From: a virus
DNA: 45,994 nucleotides
Reading direction: 5' to 3' (one strand)
Virus record (IMG/VR): IMGVR_UViG_3300035698_022074
Location: 64,001 to 109,994 of that record
The notes beneath the pieces were generated by a model. The model did not search any database. It was not told the DNA's origin and saw only the letters and a list, made by a program, of their open reading frames with translations. Each line of letters starts with the position of its first letter. Position 1 is the first letter of the stretch. The position numbers were made by a program, and so were the translations under genes. Of the stretch, positions 1 to 11,037 are shown piece after piece.

Positions 1-1
1 T

Positions 2-889
2 CGCCCGTTCCAAACAGATCTAATTTTTGCAAACAATGAAGTTTCTGCTAGCAGAAACGATTTGTTTTTTGGAGATCTCGGGCGAGGGCGATCTTTTAGA
101 ACTACGATTGCTTCAACTGATGAACGATTCTATGATTCTATGCTGCCAAGCCTTAAGAAATATGGTGCATCCAGTAATGAAACTGTCTTCACACCTACAG
201 GATCTTTTATATTCGATCCAGATCCGAGTCCTGATCCAATATTAAGAGGTACACCTGACGGGTTTGCATTTAGAGGCGATGCAGTGACAGGAACACTAGG
301 CTCGCTAGGTGTCAAAAAAGCCGAACATCCATTTCTTTCCGATCGCGCACTAAATCCCTACCCCTACTCAGATAACCCAGCTCGTTTTAAAAACGAAGAG
401 ATGCAACTTGTCATAAGCAGCTCAGTAAACGATTATTATCGTGAAGTAGTAATCAACAGTGCATATATGCTGCGAACACTTCTCTTTGGAAGAGGTTATA
501 GATTGTCAGTTGAAGGTGCCGATCTTTATGACTCAAGAAAACTTCATCACAGTGTGTCAGGATCAACAGGTTACAAATATGGAATAATGAGCGTGTTTCC
601 ACAGTACCCTACTACCATCTTCAGACCAGGAAGATACGGACAATTTCGAGACATGCTTGAACAACGAAAAGATAGCAGAGTTTTCAAACAGTCAAAAGGT
701 AAAGACGATGTCTCGACAGTCCAAGGCCTTCTTCAAGCACCGGTCACAGTTAAGTTTGTTCAAAATGGAGAATTAATCGACGGTGGCGGACTTGATGTAT
801 TGAGTGGTTCTTCAAATAGAAGCAATGCCGCAACTTCTTCGCTACCATATGTAGATAATGTGTTTAACAACTGGACAAGTGTAATCTAA
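2..889 (+). CDS. 5'-truncated virion structural protein (reading frame open to window start; listed TTG at 62 is not the true start)
   Basis: Frame 2 has no stop from nt 2 up to the TTG listed at 62. The stop TAA overlaps the next ATG (TAATG). It sits in a co-oriented block of giant structural genes. Confidence 0.5.
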   Translation, partial: RPFQTDLIFANNEVSASRNDLFFGDLGRGRSFRTTIASTDERFYDSMLPSLKKYGASSNETVFTPTGSFIFDPDPSPDPILRGTPDGFAFRGDAVTGTLGSLGVKKAEHPFLSDRALNPYPYSDNPARFKNEEMQLVISSSVNDYYREVVINSAYMLRTLLFGRGYRLSVEGADLYDSRKLHHSVSGSTGYKYGIMSVFPQYPTTIFRPGRYGQFRDMLEQRKDSRVFKQSKGKDDVSTVQGLLQAPVTVKFVQNGELIDGGGLDVLSGSSNRSNAATSSLPYVDNVFNNWTSVI

Positions 890-1797
890 TGGCAGGTATC
901 TTAGATAACAAGAGCAGAATATTTGATACGATCCTGACAACTGAGGGTAGACGGCAGTTAGCTGCAGGATCACTAAAGTTTGAGTTCGCATCTTTTTCTG
1001 ATGCAAATACTTTTTACGAAGGTGATGTATCCAGCGGCTCAACAGACGCCGGCAAAAGGATATTCTTTGAAGCTACAGCTAATGGAAGAAATCAAGTTAC
1101 ACTTGTCACAAGTGATGATGGAGCGCTTGTACCATACATTGGGCCTGGCAGCTTAAAGATAGTTGGCGACAAGATAATATCTGGCACATCAATAGTAAGT
1201 AGTGATGATAATTTTGCGTCAACTGTCGATGGACTATTGGAGTCGTCCATCGACAACTTCCGAAACATGTACTTACTTGGTAGCAAAGATGTCTTCTCAG
1301 AAATTGATAGATTTTCTCTGTCAAAACAGTCTGGTTCGTTTCTCATCACAGATGAACTGCCCATAGATACAAGAAGAGGTGTAACGCAAGCATCTGTTAG
1401 TAGCATAGAGAGTTTTTATCAAGACAAACGATTGTCCCACATCCCTAACTTTAAATACCTCCCACCAGTAAATAAAGGAAAGACAAAACCGCTCGGAAAC
1501 TATCCAGTACCAAATCAGCCCGAGATCACGACATTCGATGAACTCTCTTCAGAGCTTGCTAACAAAGAAAAAATTGACATAACATTTCCATCGACATCAG
1601 CTGATAACAACCTAGTTATACAGATGTTTGAGGCTTCAAGTGGAAAAGTCATAAAACTTGACATAATTGACTTTGGAGAATTTACTGTCGGAGAAAACGA
1701 AAGCAGGACTAAGCAAGTCTACTTTGTGGGAAAAATCTTCAAAGATGAATTTGGCCATTCAACTTTTGTAAACATCTTTGTAATCTCATTTGACTAA
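889..1797 (+). CDS. Virion structural protein. Its N-terminal about 45 aa (ILDxxxxIxDTxLTxxGRxxLA...FA.SD) is paralogous to the N-terminus of the 10304..11026 product.
   Basis: ATG overlaps the upstream stop. It is a 302-aa ORF, and I see the N-terminal motif shared with 10304..11026 directly in the two translations. Confidence 0.6.
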   Translation: MAGILDNKSRIFDTILTTEGRRQLAAGSLKFEFASFSDANTFYEGDVSSGSTDAGKRIFFEATANGRNQVTLVTSDDGALVPYIGPGSLKIVGDKIISGTSIVSSDDNFASTVDGLLESSIDNFRNMYLLGSKDVFSEIDRFSLSKQSGSFLITDELPIDTRRGVTQASVSSIESFYQDKRLSHIPNFKYLPPVNKGKTKPLGNYPVPNQPEITTFDELSSELANKEKIDITFPSTSADNNLVIQMFEASSGKVIKLDIIDFGEFTVGENESRTKQVYFVGKIFKDEFGHSTFVNIFVISFD

Positions 1798-1808
1798 GGA
1801 AGTAAAGC

Positions 1809-4457
1809 ATGCCAAAATCTACTAAGACACCACCTACAAATTTTGGAAAAAGTACTTCGACTTCAAAGAAAGGAAAGTCAAAGTCAACTAGTAGCAAAAG
1901 CACTTTCAAGCCTAAATCTCCTCGACGCGGAAATTCTACTAGTGTCAAGATTAATCATAATAACGTCAAGGTAGTTAGTCAGAACTCAAATGGGTCAGTT
2001 GTTCTGTCTATTGAGACTTTAATAGATGAAAACGAAGCAATAAACAGTGATGTAAATACTCTTGAAGTCTCTTTAAGCAAAAGAGGTGAAGATCCTTCAA
2101 AAAAGAGTGATAAGTCTGCACCTGATAACGTGCTTAAAAATATCTTGGAAGCTTCGAGTAACGCTGATCTACTCAATAAGAAAGTCGAAAATCAGAGTGT
2201 GATCAAGCAAAAGACAGATATTACATCTAAGTTTAACAACACTACAGCTAAGAACAACATCGGCAAAAATTCAAATGAAGGGTTCCAGCAAGAAATTGTA
2301 AACCTTTCACCTGACTCTTTAGCATCTTCAATAGAGAATACACCGATATTACAAACACCGACTTTTTCTGGTGTCAATCTCACTGAAGACAGTAAGGACA
2401 CAAGTGAACTAAGCTTAGATTCAATCTTTATTGGAAATCTCTCGCCGACAAAAGCATCTGATGGACTTATCCCATTCTCACCTGCTGAAGATACACTCGG
2501 TGGTATACTTTCACCCATTAAGAAGAAACTCAATGATAATGTTAGTCCAGTTGACAATATTATAAGCAGCAACATTAAAGGATCTTTAAAGGACGTTTTC
2601 AAGGCATCAGATATTGGAAAGGGCTCAACACCTTTTCCTTCTCTTAGAAGATCTAAGAGAAAAAATGTTAAAATTGTATCCACAATCACAGTTAGCAGTA
2701 AAGATCTAGCAAACATAGGAAACACAGGAATACTAAAAATCGCCGCGCTTGATAAGAAAGGCAACGAAGTTTCATCAGCTGCATGTGCTGTAGACATTGT
2801 AGAAAAGATCAACGAAGCAGATTCCCTTAAGTCTCCTTTTGATAGATCAAAAGGGAAACTGCAAGGGCTTGAAAGGATTAAAAGCAACACAGATGACCTA
2901 GACTTAAACATAAACTTAAAAAGTAGACTGAATCGTGTTAATAGAGATTCTTCTCCAAGCGACACGCCGACAGATCTTAGTCCAGGCGGCGGCGGAAGTG
3001 GTCAACCAAGAACTCTCGAAAGGTACTCTAGGGTGTTCTCACAGTTCGGTCCGATGTCGGATTCAACCTGGAAGATAAGTGAAATGTTAGGCAATCCGAC
3101 TTCAACCCCTAAAGGTTCAACAACGATCGAAAGGATAATTGGTCAAGGATTTTCACCGACTGCTCCGGACTTTGATGATTTAATAGTGCCCTCTCCATCT
3201 CGAAATCTATCTACAGCGAATCCTATTTTAAGAAACACAGTTTCTGAGACAGACAATAGGTTTTTGTCTTTGTCTACTTTTTTAAGAAAGGGTGGAATCG
3301 CAATTAGACTTGACAACTTTCAAAGCAGTTACACAGTCGTAGTCGTCAGAAAAGATACAACGCTAAATGAGCAAAAATTCACACCCATAAGTGTTCCAGA
3401 ACCATACCAGGTTGTCAGTAATAAATCACCTGCAGTTACATTTGTTGACACACAAACCAAGCTAAATCACATCTATGAGTATCGTGCAAAAATATTTACA
3501 AGGAGAGGTCGTGAAATTTTTTCAACAGCGTATAGTCTCATTAAGTACGAGCCTCTTGTTCAAAACGCTGTAGATCTGATTGTGTCACAACCTGAAGTGT
3601 CAATTAACTCCCGCGGCATTCTTGATGTCAAATTTGACATCAACGTCAAGGTACCCAAGAACAACATATCAGCAACAACTGCACTCCTACAATCTTCAAA
3701 TTTAAGTACATTTTTTGAGACAGAAATCCGAAATCAAAAAGAAAAGCTTGAAGAAATTACAATTGTCGGCATAGAGCGAATTGACTTGACAAGAGGAGTT
3801 ACAGAAGATTTCGGGTTCTTTACTGAGACTAACTTTTCTGACTTTGCAAACAGAACATTCAATAATGTCTCGCAGCTTAGATCGCAAACAGAGTATCGAT
3901 ATGTCATCTCTGTCTATAGAAGAAAAATTGATGAAATACTACCCACTACTGTGAGAGAAGTAGTAGATAGCAAGACACAAAAAACTTATGCACTGCAGCC
4001 AGCTAAGTGGTTACACCCATCTACTCTGTCAAGAGGAGTGTTAAGAGCTAAGAAGACAATATTAGCTGCTCAAATAGATAGTGAATTCAAGCAAGGATTT
4101 ACAGGCGTTCAGAAGTTCGTCAATGTTAGTACAAAAACGAGCCTACCTAAGATTACTACTGGAACAGCAACGAAAACTTCTCGTGGAAACGTAGAGCTTA
4201 AGTGGATTGTAAAGGGCGATATGAAAAGAATTGATCACTTCGTTGTAATGGGAACACAACTCGGAATGAGATCAATATTAGGAAAAGCCCATGCACTTGT
4301 CAACACAAACGTAGTAAGGTTTGAAGATAGAGTACTTAGTAAGTGCGTATGCACAACAACATATTCAGTCTACCCTGTCTACCTTGATTTCTCTAAGGGT
4401 CAAGAAATCATTATTGGGTCCGAAGAAACAGATACACAAAGAATTAAGAGAAAGTAA
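1809..4457 (+). CDS. Large virion protein (882 aa) with a Lys/Ser-rich basic N-terminal tail and FN3/Ig-like segments. Possibly a baseplate, fibre or injected protein.
   Basis: RBS AAGGAAG sits upstream of the ATG. The N-terminal 45 aa are KSTKTPPTNFGKSTSTSKKGKSKSTSSKSTFKPKSPRR. YxYR-type FN3-like beta motifs occur later. The stop overlaps the next ATG. Confidence 0.7.
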   Translation: MPKSTKTPPTNFGKSTSTSKKGKSKSTSSKSTFKPKSPRRGNSTSVKINHNNVKVVSQNSNGSVVLSIETLIDENEAINSDVNTLEVSLSKRGEDPSKKSDKSAPDNVLKNILEASSNADLLNKKVENQSVIKQKTDITSKFNNTTAKNNIGKNSNEGFQQEIVNLSPDSLASSIENTPILQTPTFSGVNLTEDSKDTSELSLDSIFIGNLSPTKASDGLIPFSPAEDTLGGILSPIKKKLNDNVSPVDNIISSNIKGSLKDVFKASDIGKGSTPFPSLRRSKRKNVKIVSTITVSSKDLANIGNTGILKIAALDKKGNEVSSAACAVDIVEKINEADSLKSPFDRSKGKLQGLERIKSNTDDLDLNINLKSRLNRVNRDSSPSDTPTDLSPGGGGSGQPRTLERYSRVFSQFGPMSDSTWKISEMLGNPTSTPKGSTTIERIIGQGFSPTAPDFDDLIVPSPSRNLSTANPILRNTVSETDNRFLSLSTFLRKGGIAIRLDNFQSSYTVVVVRKDTTLNEQKFTPISVPEPYQVVSNKSPAVTFVDTQTKLNHIYEYRAKIFTRRGREIFSTAYSLIKYEPLVQNAVDLIVSQPEVSINSRGILDVKFDINVKVPKNNISATTALLQSSNLSTFFETEIRNQKEKLEEITIVGIERIDLTRGVTEDFGFFTETNFSDFANRTFNNVSQLRSQTEYRYVISVYRRKIDEILPTTVREVVDSKTQKTYALQPAKWLHPSTLSRGVLRAKKTILAAQIDSEFKQGFTGVQKFVNVSTKTSLPKITTGTATKTSRGNVELKWIVKGDMKRIDHFVVMGTQLGMRSILGKAHALVNTNVVRFEDRVLSKCVCTTTYSVYPVYLDFSKGQEIIIGSEETDTQRIKRK

Positions 4458-7400
4458 TGCCTACTGAGAAACTATTTGAAGTGACAAACAACTCGGTTTC
4501 TACACAACCGTCTAGTAAAAACATTGCATCTAGCGATGGCTCTATTACGTTTGATGTAAACGTTGGAAAGAAAGTCAGTTCTTTTAAACAGAAGGTATCA
4601 CCTGATGCAGATGAAGAAAAGATTGAAATTGACTCTATTGACAGTGTTTCAAAAATATTGCTGGCACATTCTTTAAACGCTAACAAGCCAGAAATCATAG
4701 CTATGGTTGACTTTTTAGCAACTAATCACAGAAGCGAAAAGACACCTGCATCAAGATTATTAGACACTCAATTCATGGCAAGGTCACTTAAGACTGATGA
4801 TGTATCATCTTTAATCTCTGATCTGTCAAGTGATCCAATTGCATCAATTGCATTGACAAAAGCAACCGATGCATACAACAGCCTGACAAAAGACACTAAG
4901 AGAGATCTCAAACTTTTCTCCGTTATATACCAGAACCTAGCTTCTGCAAAAAAGACCCTCGACATCAAAGACAATACAAATCAAATTGCTGCATCTGTTT
5001 CTAAACTAAGAAACTCAAGAGGCAGATCAAAAACTAACAGCACAATACAACCCACACCACCCGGAGTTTTGAGAACATTAAGAGATATTCTAGTGTGTCA
5101 CTTACTATTTAGTGATGATGCTTATGAAAGCATGTCTAATACAAAAGTTCTTTCGCAGTTGATTATCGGCCTGCGAAGTGTTGTATCAAATAGTTCGCCA
5201 AGACTATTTAACGAATTTGTCCCATCACGAGCCGAAGACAGAGACCCTGTAAACATTGCTAAGTCAATTGAGGCATCATCAGATTTTTCATTTGAACCGA
5301 AAGATCTAGCTTCTTTCCCTGTCAATAATGTAAGTAGACGACAAGGTCGAAGTACTAGAAACCCTGCACTGTTTAACCCAAACAAACAGTCAAATTATAA
5401 CAGCTTTGTAGAGTCACTACCCGTTCTTGAAAAAGATCGAATTAAGCTTTTGATCACCCTACTTTCTAAGGAGCTTCGAATCTCTGCAGGAATTGCTAGG
5501 TTGATCAATACAGATATTGGAAGAAAGTTTGCTGTCGAAAATTCTGGACAGCTAATTGAAAACATATTTGGTTCAACTGGAGAGAAGATAACAGGAGAAG
5601 TTCCGACTGACGGAACATTATCTTCTTTAGTTCGTTACGAAGATCCCGCAACAGATGGTGTAATCTTGCCATTTGAAACAAGAGAGGTGGACGATCCTAG
5701 CGACAATAGGCGATACCTTCCCGGAAATACTGCTCTTATAGATTCTATATTAGACTCTGCAATAACACCTAATCTTCTTCCAATTACGCGTCTCAATCAA
5801 CGTGCATCAAGTATCGCTAGTAGCAATATTACAATGATTAACTATTTAATGAATTTTGACAGCACAGACAATACACTTCACAGCGAAAGAGTTGTAACAG
5901 AAATCTTTAATGTCGTGTCAGAAATATCAAAAAGCTTGGGCACACTTGGAAGTGTCGACAGAACTTCCGCTATTACTACAGCGCTAATAAGAGCAGCACG
6001 AGATGACAGTAAGCTTCGTCATCTTCTGTTTAAATACACAAAAGAAATTAGAACAGGAAAAGTTACTGTAACAAAAGTTGTCGACGCTTCCGACGAGAAT
6101 ACAGGAAATGAAGAAACTGGAGGCACATCAGACGATCCTGTTGAAAACAAGAACATAGAGACGAATACTGCAAGCGATCTAGGCACAAAAGACTACGTTA
6201 AAGACTTAGAAGACCTAGTAGAAGATACAAAAAATGATAAACCACTTGAAAAGTTTGATCCCAAAGACAAGTCAAAAGGTAAAGCTGGAGCGAATCCAAC
6301 AAACAAATCTGATGAAAACTCAATTAAAGAGGCCAAGATTAATGAGTCAACAGGTGAGGTAGAGGGTGTCATTTCTTCGAACTCTTTTCCGTTTGAAATT
6401 GAAAAAAGAGTCATGGCACTGTTTAACTCTAACAGAAGAGGTAGAAGACCTGACAATAGTAAACTTTTACTTGACGTTTCTGATGGCGATATTGAGTCAA
6501 TTCTTAACAAGGGTGTGGAAGACTTCTCATCAATATTTAATGCAATTTCCTCTTTGACTGATTCACTTACATCTGATGCATTAACACTAAGCTCGAGAGG
6601 CCCTTCATCTTCTTCAAGTAGCACTGGGCATAAGACAGAAAATGGAGCAACTCGTTTTAGAAAATATACAGACGACACAGTGCTGATGATAGTCTTTGAA
6701 ATATTTTCTGCCATGATATCAGAGTTTGTTTCTGCTGATTTTGGGCCGAACCCAAAAAATTCCACACCCTTGACAATCAGCTTAATTTTAAAGCAAAACA
6801 AAACGATTGCAGACAAGATGACTGCTGTTTCTAGCAAGGACGAAAGACAATTAGAGACGTCGTCGTATAGCACACTAACATCTCTACTCGATAGTATTTT
6901 TAAGGCAACTGTGCTTGAAGACAACATTACGAGAGATCTTGTTGACATGCTTTATAGCATAACTGAGGGCATCAAGAAGAAGACAAACTCTGCAGTCATA
7001 TTCTTTGAAAATAATAACAACGATCCTGCATCACAAAGGGTCAACGAAATAATAAATGACGAAACACTCAAGAGTGCTCTTGCCAATCTCACACCTCAAC
7101 AAATTGCTTTATCATGGCAGAGCTTCAATGAAACACTATTGACGCCAGATAAATCATTAATTTCAAAGTCACAGATCACAAGTAACTCTCAAAAGATAGC
7201 ATTAGACTCGATGCTTAGAGAAAGTAGATTTGAAGAAACAGCTGCAAACAACATGAAGTTAATGGTCGTCGGTCTTCCTGCAGGTACACTTAATAAGCTT
7301 CAAAACCCAATTTTTACTGTCGGAAAGAACACTGAACTAGAGTCTTCTCTTGCAGATTTAATAACAGTCAAAGTCTTCAAGCGTGATCCTGAGTTTTCTG

Positions 7401-8389
7401 AGATTATTTTCAAGCCACTAAACTTTATTTTTGACATGTCAAGGTTTACACAGATCAACGAAAATCTTTCAAGCAGAAATAAAACTTTTACTAGACTCTT
7501 AGATGATGACTTTAAGCTCAAAAATATTGACGGAAAAGGCATTGGGCAATCATTGCTACAGTCAGACATCAAATCAGAAAAAGAATATAGCATTTTGACG
7601 CAAGAAGAGCAAGAAGAACTATTTGAAAATCACGTAGTTGACAGTATCCTTAAAACGTACTTGAAACTATTAACAGGGCTTGATTTTTCCGAATCTTCGT
7701 TTGTTGCAAACGAAGGGCAAGATGTAACGATTAGTCAAGAAATTACAGAGCTATTAACACAAATTAGCGTCACACCGTCACAATCATTTACTTCACTTCA
7801 AAAAACTGACTCTGTAAGTGGAGCACAAGGAATACTTGAGTCAATTAAACAAGGCGCTACAATTTCAAAAACTCTTACTACAGACTATGACTTTATAGCA
7901 ACAAAACCTCCTATTGGAGAAAAAGTTACAACTGGGCAGAATCCCAATACATCAAAGATAAACAAAAAGATTAAATCTGAACCTAAGAGTGCATCTGTCT
8001 CAAGCAGTGCAAAGAAGTTCCAAACGCAAAAGCAAAATGTAACACGCGTTGTGCAGTCAACAGAAGCAGCTCGACAGTTTAAGCGTTTCTTGAACTCATT
8101 GATATTTAGATCAGCAGATCAAGCAAATAAGACTATGCAGCCTAAACTATTTGAAAGAACTTTCATCCTACCTGTTGACCCTGATGATTTTATTATCGAT
8201 GAGGAGGCAACACTAAATACAGAGACAGGACGCGAAGCCTTCAACAGTCTTCTTTTAAACAGTTGTGTAATTGAAGAGAAAGACAAATTTGGAAACAGAA
8301 TCAAGAAAATTACACCAAGAAAGAAGTCAGAAGGCAGCTACGAGTTTTCTGAGATATTTGCTGTGGTTGAATTAGGAGCAAATTCATAA
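4457..8389 (+). CDS. Giant virion structural protein (1310 aa), function unknown
   Basis: Long uninterrupted ORF with TAATG overlap at its 5' end and stop directly abutting the next ATG, giving coupled synteny with the neighbouring structural genes. It contains a poly-Ser tract (SSSSSSS). Confidence 0.7.
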   Translation: MPTEKLFEVTNNSVSTQPSSKNIASSDGSITFDVNVGKKVSSFKQKVSPDADEEKIEIDSIDSVSKILLAHSLNANKPEIIAMVDFLATNHRSEKTPASRLLDTQFMARSLKTDDVSSLISDLSSDPIASIALTKATDAYNSLTKDTKRDLKLFSVIYQNLASAKKTLDIKDNTNQIAASVSKLRNSRGRSKTNSTIQPTPPGVLRTLRDILVCHLLFSDDAYESMSNTKVLSQLIIGLRSVVSNSSPRLFNEFVPSRAEDRDPVNIAKSIEASSDFSFEPKDLASFPVNNVSRRQGRSTRNPALFNPNKQSNYNSFVESLPVLEKDRIKLLITLLSKELRISAGIARLINTDIGRKFAVENSGQLIENIFGSTGEKITGEVPTDGTLSSLVRYEDPATDGVILPFETREVDDPSDNRRYLPGNTALIDSILDSAITPNLLPITRLNQRASSIASSNITMINYLMNFDSTDNTLHSERVVTEIFNVVSEISKSLGTLGSVDRTSAITTALIRAARDDSKLRHLLFKYTKEIRTGKVTVTKVVDASDENTGNEETGGTSDDPVENKNIETNTASDLGTKDYVKDLEDLVEDTKNDKPLEKFDPKDKSKGKAGANPTNKSDENSIKEAKINESTGEVEGVISSNSFPFEIEKRVMALFNSNRRGRRPDNSKLLLDVSDGDIESILNKGVEDFSSIFNAISSLTDSLTSDALTLSSRGPSSSSSSTGHKTENGATRFRKYTDDTVLMIVFEIFSAMISEFVSADFGPNPKNSTPLTISLILKQNKTIADKMTAVSSKDERQLETSSYSTLTSLLDSIFKATVLEDNITRDLVDMLYSITEGIKKKTNSAVIFFENNNNDPASQRVNEIINDETLKSALANLTPQQIALSWQSFNETLLTPDKSLISKSQITSNSQKIALDSMLRESRFEETAANNMKLMVVGLPAGTLNKLQNPIFTVGKNTELESSLADLITVKVFKRDPEFSEIIFKPLNFIFDMSRFTQINENLSSRNKTFTRLLDDDFKLKNIDGKGIGQSLLQSDIKSEKEYSILTQEEQEELFENHVVDSILKTYLKLLTGLDFSESSFVANEGQDVTISQEITELLTQISVTPSQSFTSLQKTDSVSGAQGILESIKQGATISKTLTTDYDFIATKPPIGEKVTTGQNPNTSKINKKIKSEPKSASVSSSAKKFQTQKQNVTRVVQSTEAARQFKRFLNSLIFRSADQANKTMQPKLFERTFILPVDPDDFIIDEEATLNTETGREAFNSLLLNSCVIEEKDKFGNRIKKITPRKKSEGSYEFSEIFAVVELGANS

Positions 8390-10264
8390 ATGCCTTCAAC
8401 ATATCCTTCACGAATTGCAACGCTGGTCGATGTTCCTGATCCACAGAACGTATCAGTCTCATTTCAGTACAACTACTTTACGCCTGATGAAAGAGTAAAT
8501 GACTCGGGTGACAGCGTAAGTCAAAGATCTATTCAAGACGCTGACATTATTGACATTATTGACAAGGTACCTCGTTTTGTCAAGATCACCTGGTCTCCAA
8601 TCAATATTAAGAAATGCAAAACAGACGGAAATGAAGAGGTATCAAGAAGACAGAATATTGCAAGTACAAGAGTCGAAGGTGAAGACATTTTCTCTCAAGA
8701 AAACATCGACTACATACAATCAGAACAAGCCTTTTCTAACTTTGACTTTTCGTCAATTACGTTTCAAGACACAAACATCGACGAAAAACTATTCTCTCTA
8801 GTATCAGGTTCTACAAACATTAAGAACATCGACTTGAATAGCCTAAGTGATGCTGCAAAGTCTCTCAATGACTTCACAAGAGAAACTGTAAACGGAAATA
8901 TACTTGTTGATGCTGTAAACAATAAGTCAAAACTCGGAATTCTAAGTACAGACCCAAGTCCACTCATAAGTAATCGAAAGTCATCATTTGAAGAAGTGAA
9001 AGATCTCAAGATACGAGCACAGATCAATAATAAGTTTGTTGGATCAATAATTAGAACTGTTGCTGAGGATAGCTTGAGTCCATATGCAGACGAACTATCT
9101 AAAATCATTGATATTGCAGCAGACTTACAGGATGCTTCCATAGAAAAAATGGAGTCAACTTCTGTTAGAAGTTCTGAATGGGATTCAAGCTTCGTTCCTA
9201 TTGTACAAGAGCGAATAAAATCAAACGCAAAAAGCTTCGAAGTGTCGAGCTTTGAAGTCGTAGGTTACATTATTACAAAAGTTCAGCTCGCAGCGGATGG
9301 TAGTGAAATTGCCTTTGATCCAATTATGATCAAAGGATCTCAGGCAACGACAGTAATTGATCCAGAGATTGTCTTCGGAGGCGTGTACAAATACAAAGTA
9401 AACGCAATTGCATCTGTCTCTCTAATGGGAAGGGATTCACAAAACAGAAAAGTCAAGTCAACAGGTCTCGTTGCATCACAAGCATCTTCAGTTAGATTTG
9501 TAAACTGCATTGATGCAACACCACCTCCCTTCCCTGCTGATATTAAGCCAACGTGGGATTATGGAGAGAGATCGTTTAGACTTATCTGGAGTTTCCCAGT
9601 CAATAGACAGAGAGACATCAAGTATTTTCAAATATTCCGCAGAAGAACAATCAATGAACCCTTTGAGTTAATTAGGGAATTTGACTTTGACAACAGTATC
9701 ATTCCTGTTGATAGAGGAGAAGATATTGATGACTATCTCGTATACAAAATGAAAGATCCAGTTACTTACTTTTATGATAAAGAATTCGGCAAAGATGACA
9801 CTTTCATATACACGCTGTGCTCAATAGACGCACACGGACTGACATCAAACTATTCAGCCCAATATGAAGTTTCATTCAATAGGTTTACAAATAAACTTGT
9901 GACAAAAGCAATATCGAGATCTGGTGCACCCAAAGCTTACCCAAACATGTTTTTGAAGACTTCTGCGTTCATTGACACTATAAAAGTTTCGTCTTACGAA
10001 AATATGTCTATCTTTTTCGATCCTGAATACTTAAGAGTAACAGATGATAAAAACAATGACCTGAATCTGCTTCCAAGCTCACAAGCATACAGTGAGTTCA
10101 AAGTCCAGGTAATAAACACAGATTTGCAAGCAAGTGAAACAGTTACCCTTACAATAGACGATAGACGAAGAGACAGAAACACAACAGAATCGCTCGGCGC
10201 AAGAGAATTAACTCCTACGCCAAGAAGTTTAAGACGTAATCTTAGTAGTTTACGGAAAGAATAA
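8390..10264 (+). CDS. Virion protein with two FN3/Ig-like domains (624 aa)
   Basis: It contains the motifs W..P......Y.Y.V.A and RLIWSFP...YFQIFRR...Y.YTLCSIDAHGLTS, which resemble fibronectin-III repeats common in phage decoration and fibre proteins. Confidence 0.7.
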   Translation: MPSTYPSRIATLVDVPDPQNVSVSFQYNYFTPDERVNDSGDSVSQRSIQDADIIDIIDKVPRFVKITWSPINIKKCKTDGNEEVSRRQNIASTRVEGEDIFSQENIDYIQSEQAFSNFDFSSITFQDTNIDEKLFSLVSGSTNIKNIDLNSLSDAAKSLNDFTRETVNGNILVDAVNNKSKLGILSTDPSPLISNRKSSFEEVKDLKIRAQINNKFVGSIIRTVAEDSLSPYADELSKIIDIAADLQDASIEKMESTSVRSSEWDSSFVPIVQERIKSNAKSFEVSSFEVVGYIITKVQLAADGSEIAFDPIMIKGSQATTVIDPEIVFGGVYKYKVNAIASVSLMGRDSQNRKVKSTGLVASQASSVRFVNCIDATPPPFPADIKPTWDYGERSFRLIWSFPVNRQRDIKYFQIFRRRTINEPFELIREFDFDNSIIPVDRGEDIDDYLVYKMKDPVTYFYDKEFGKDDTFIYTLCSIDAHGLTSNYSAQYEVSFNRFTNKLVTKAISRSGAPKAYPNMFLKTSAFIDTIKVSSYENMSIFFDPEYLRVTDDKNNDLNLLPSSQAYSEFKVQVINTDLQASETVTLTIDDRRRDRNTTESLGARELTPTPRSLRRNLSSLRKE

Positions 10265-10303
10265 TGAGCATATACTTACTAACAGCTAAGGAGAAATCCG
10301 AAA

Positions 10304-11026
10304 ATGGGTTTTCTAGATCATTCAACTAACAACATCATTCTTGATGCTGTTCTAACAGACACAGGCAGAGAGTTCTTAGCAAGAAACGATGGATCTTTTT
10401 CTATTGTTAAATTTGCTCTTTCTGATGACGAAGTAGATTACACTATCATCAAGAAGTTTGGACGCGCAGTCGGAAAAGAAAAGATTGAAAAGAACACACC
10501 CGTTCTCGAAGCACTTACTAATCAAAACTTTGCACAAAAATTCAAGCTTGTGAGTGTATCAAATCCTAACCTTCTTAGACTTCCTATTTTAAACTTGACA
10601 GGAGAAGGGCTTGATACAACGGGTGCAGTCCTAGCAATGGGAAGAACAGGATCAGGAAGATCTCGCAGAATAATTCTTTCACAGAACATCCAAGATGAAG
10701 ATGCAATTGACGTTGAGCTAAGAGACCAAGCCTTCCAGGTATCGATGCCTAACAACTTAATCGAAGTTACGGGTCGGACACCTGATAGTATTGACAAGGA
10801 CAACATCGCAACTTACCTTCTTACAAGGGATGCTACATCACTCTCGACAGGAGGATCTCAATTGACTCTTGACATTAGTGTTAAATCAATAACAGATACA
10901 ACGTTTACAGTTAAGGGCAATGTCAACGATAAGACAACAATTAGTACACGCGCTTCAATTACCGGTTTGCAATCTGGTGTAACTAAAAACTTTGAGATTC
11001 AAATCTCTAAGACTAACGCTGCTTAA
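10304..11026 (+). CDS. Structural protein (240 aa) sharing the N-terminal module with the 889..1797 product
   Basis: RBS AAGGAGA is 8 nt upstream. The N-terminus MGFLDHSTNNIILDAVLTDTGREFLA...FALSDDE is paralogous to MAGILDNKSRIFDTILTTEGRRQLA...FASFSDA. Confidence 0.6.
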   Translation: MGFLDHSTNNIILDAVLTDTGREFLARNDGSFSIVKFALSDDEVDYTIIKKFGRAVGKEKIEKNTPVLEALTNQNFAQKFKLVSVSNPNLLRLPILNLTGEGLDTTGAVLAMGRTGSGRSRRIILSQNIQDEDAIDVELRDQAFQVSMPNNLIEVTGRTPDSIDKDNIATYLLTRDATSLSTGGSQLTLDISVKSITDTTFTVKGNVNDKTTISTRASITGLQSGVTKNFEIQISKTNAA

Positions 11027-11037
11027 GGGACAAAATA

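Noticed and set aside
2192-2965. 257-aa minus-strand ORF inside the 1809..4457 gene
   Set aside because: It is antisense to a long plus-strand gene and has Leu/Ser/Phe-rich low-complexity composition typical of spurious antisense frames. Every supported gene in the window is on the plus strand.
6193-6948. 251-aa minus-strand ORF inside the 1310-aa structural gene
   Set aside because: It is an antisense artefact of a Ser/Leu-rich frame, with no RBS and no intergenic space.
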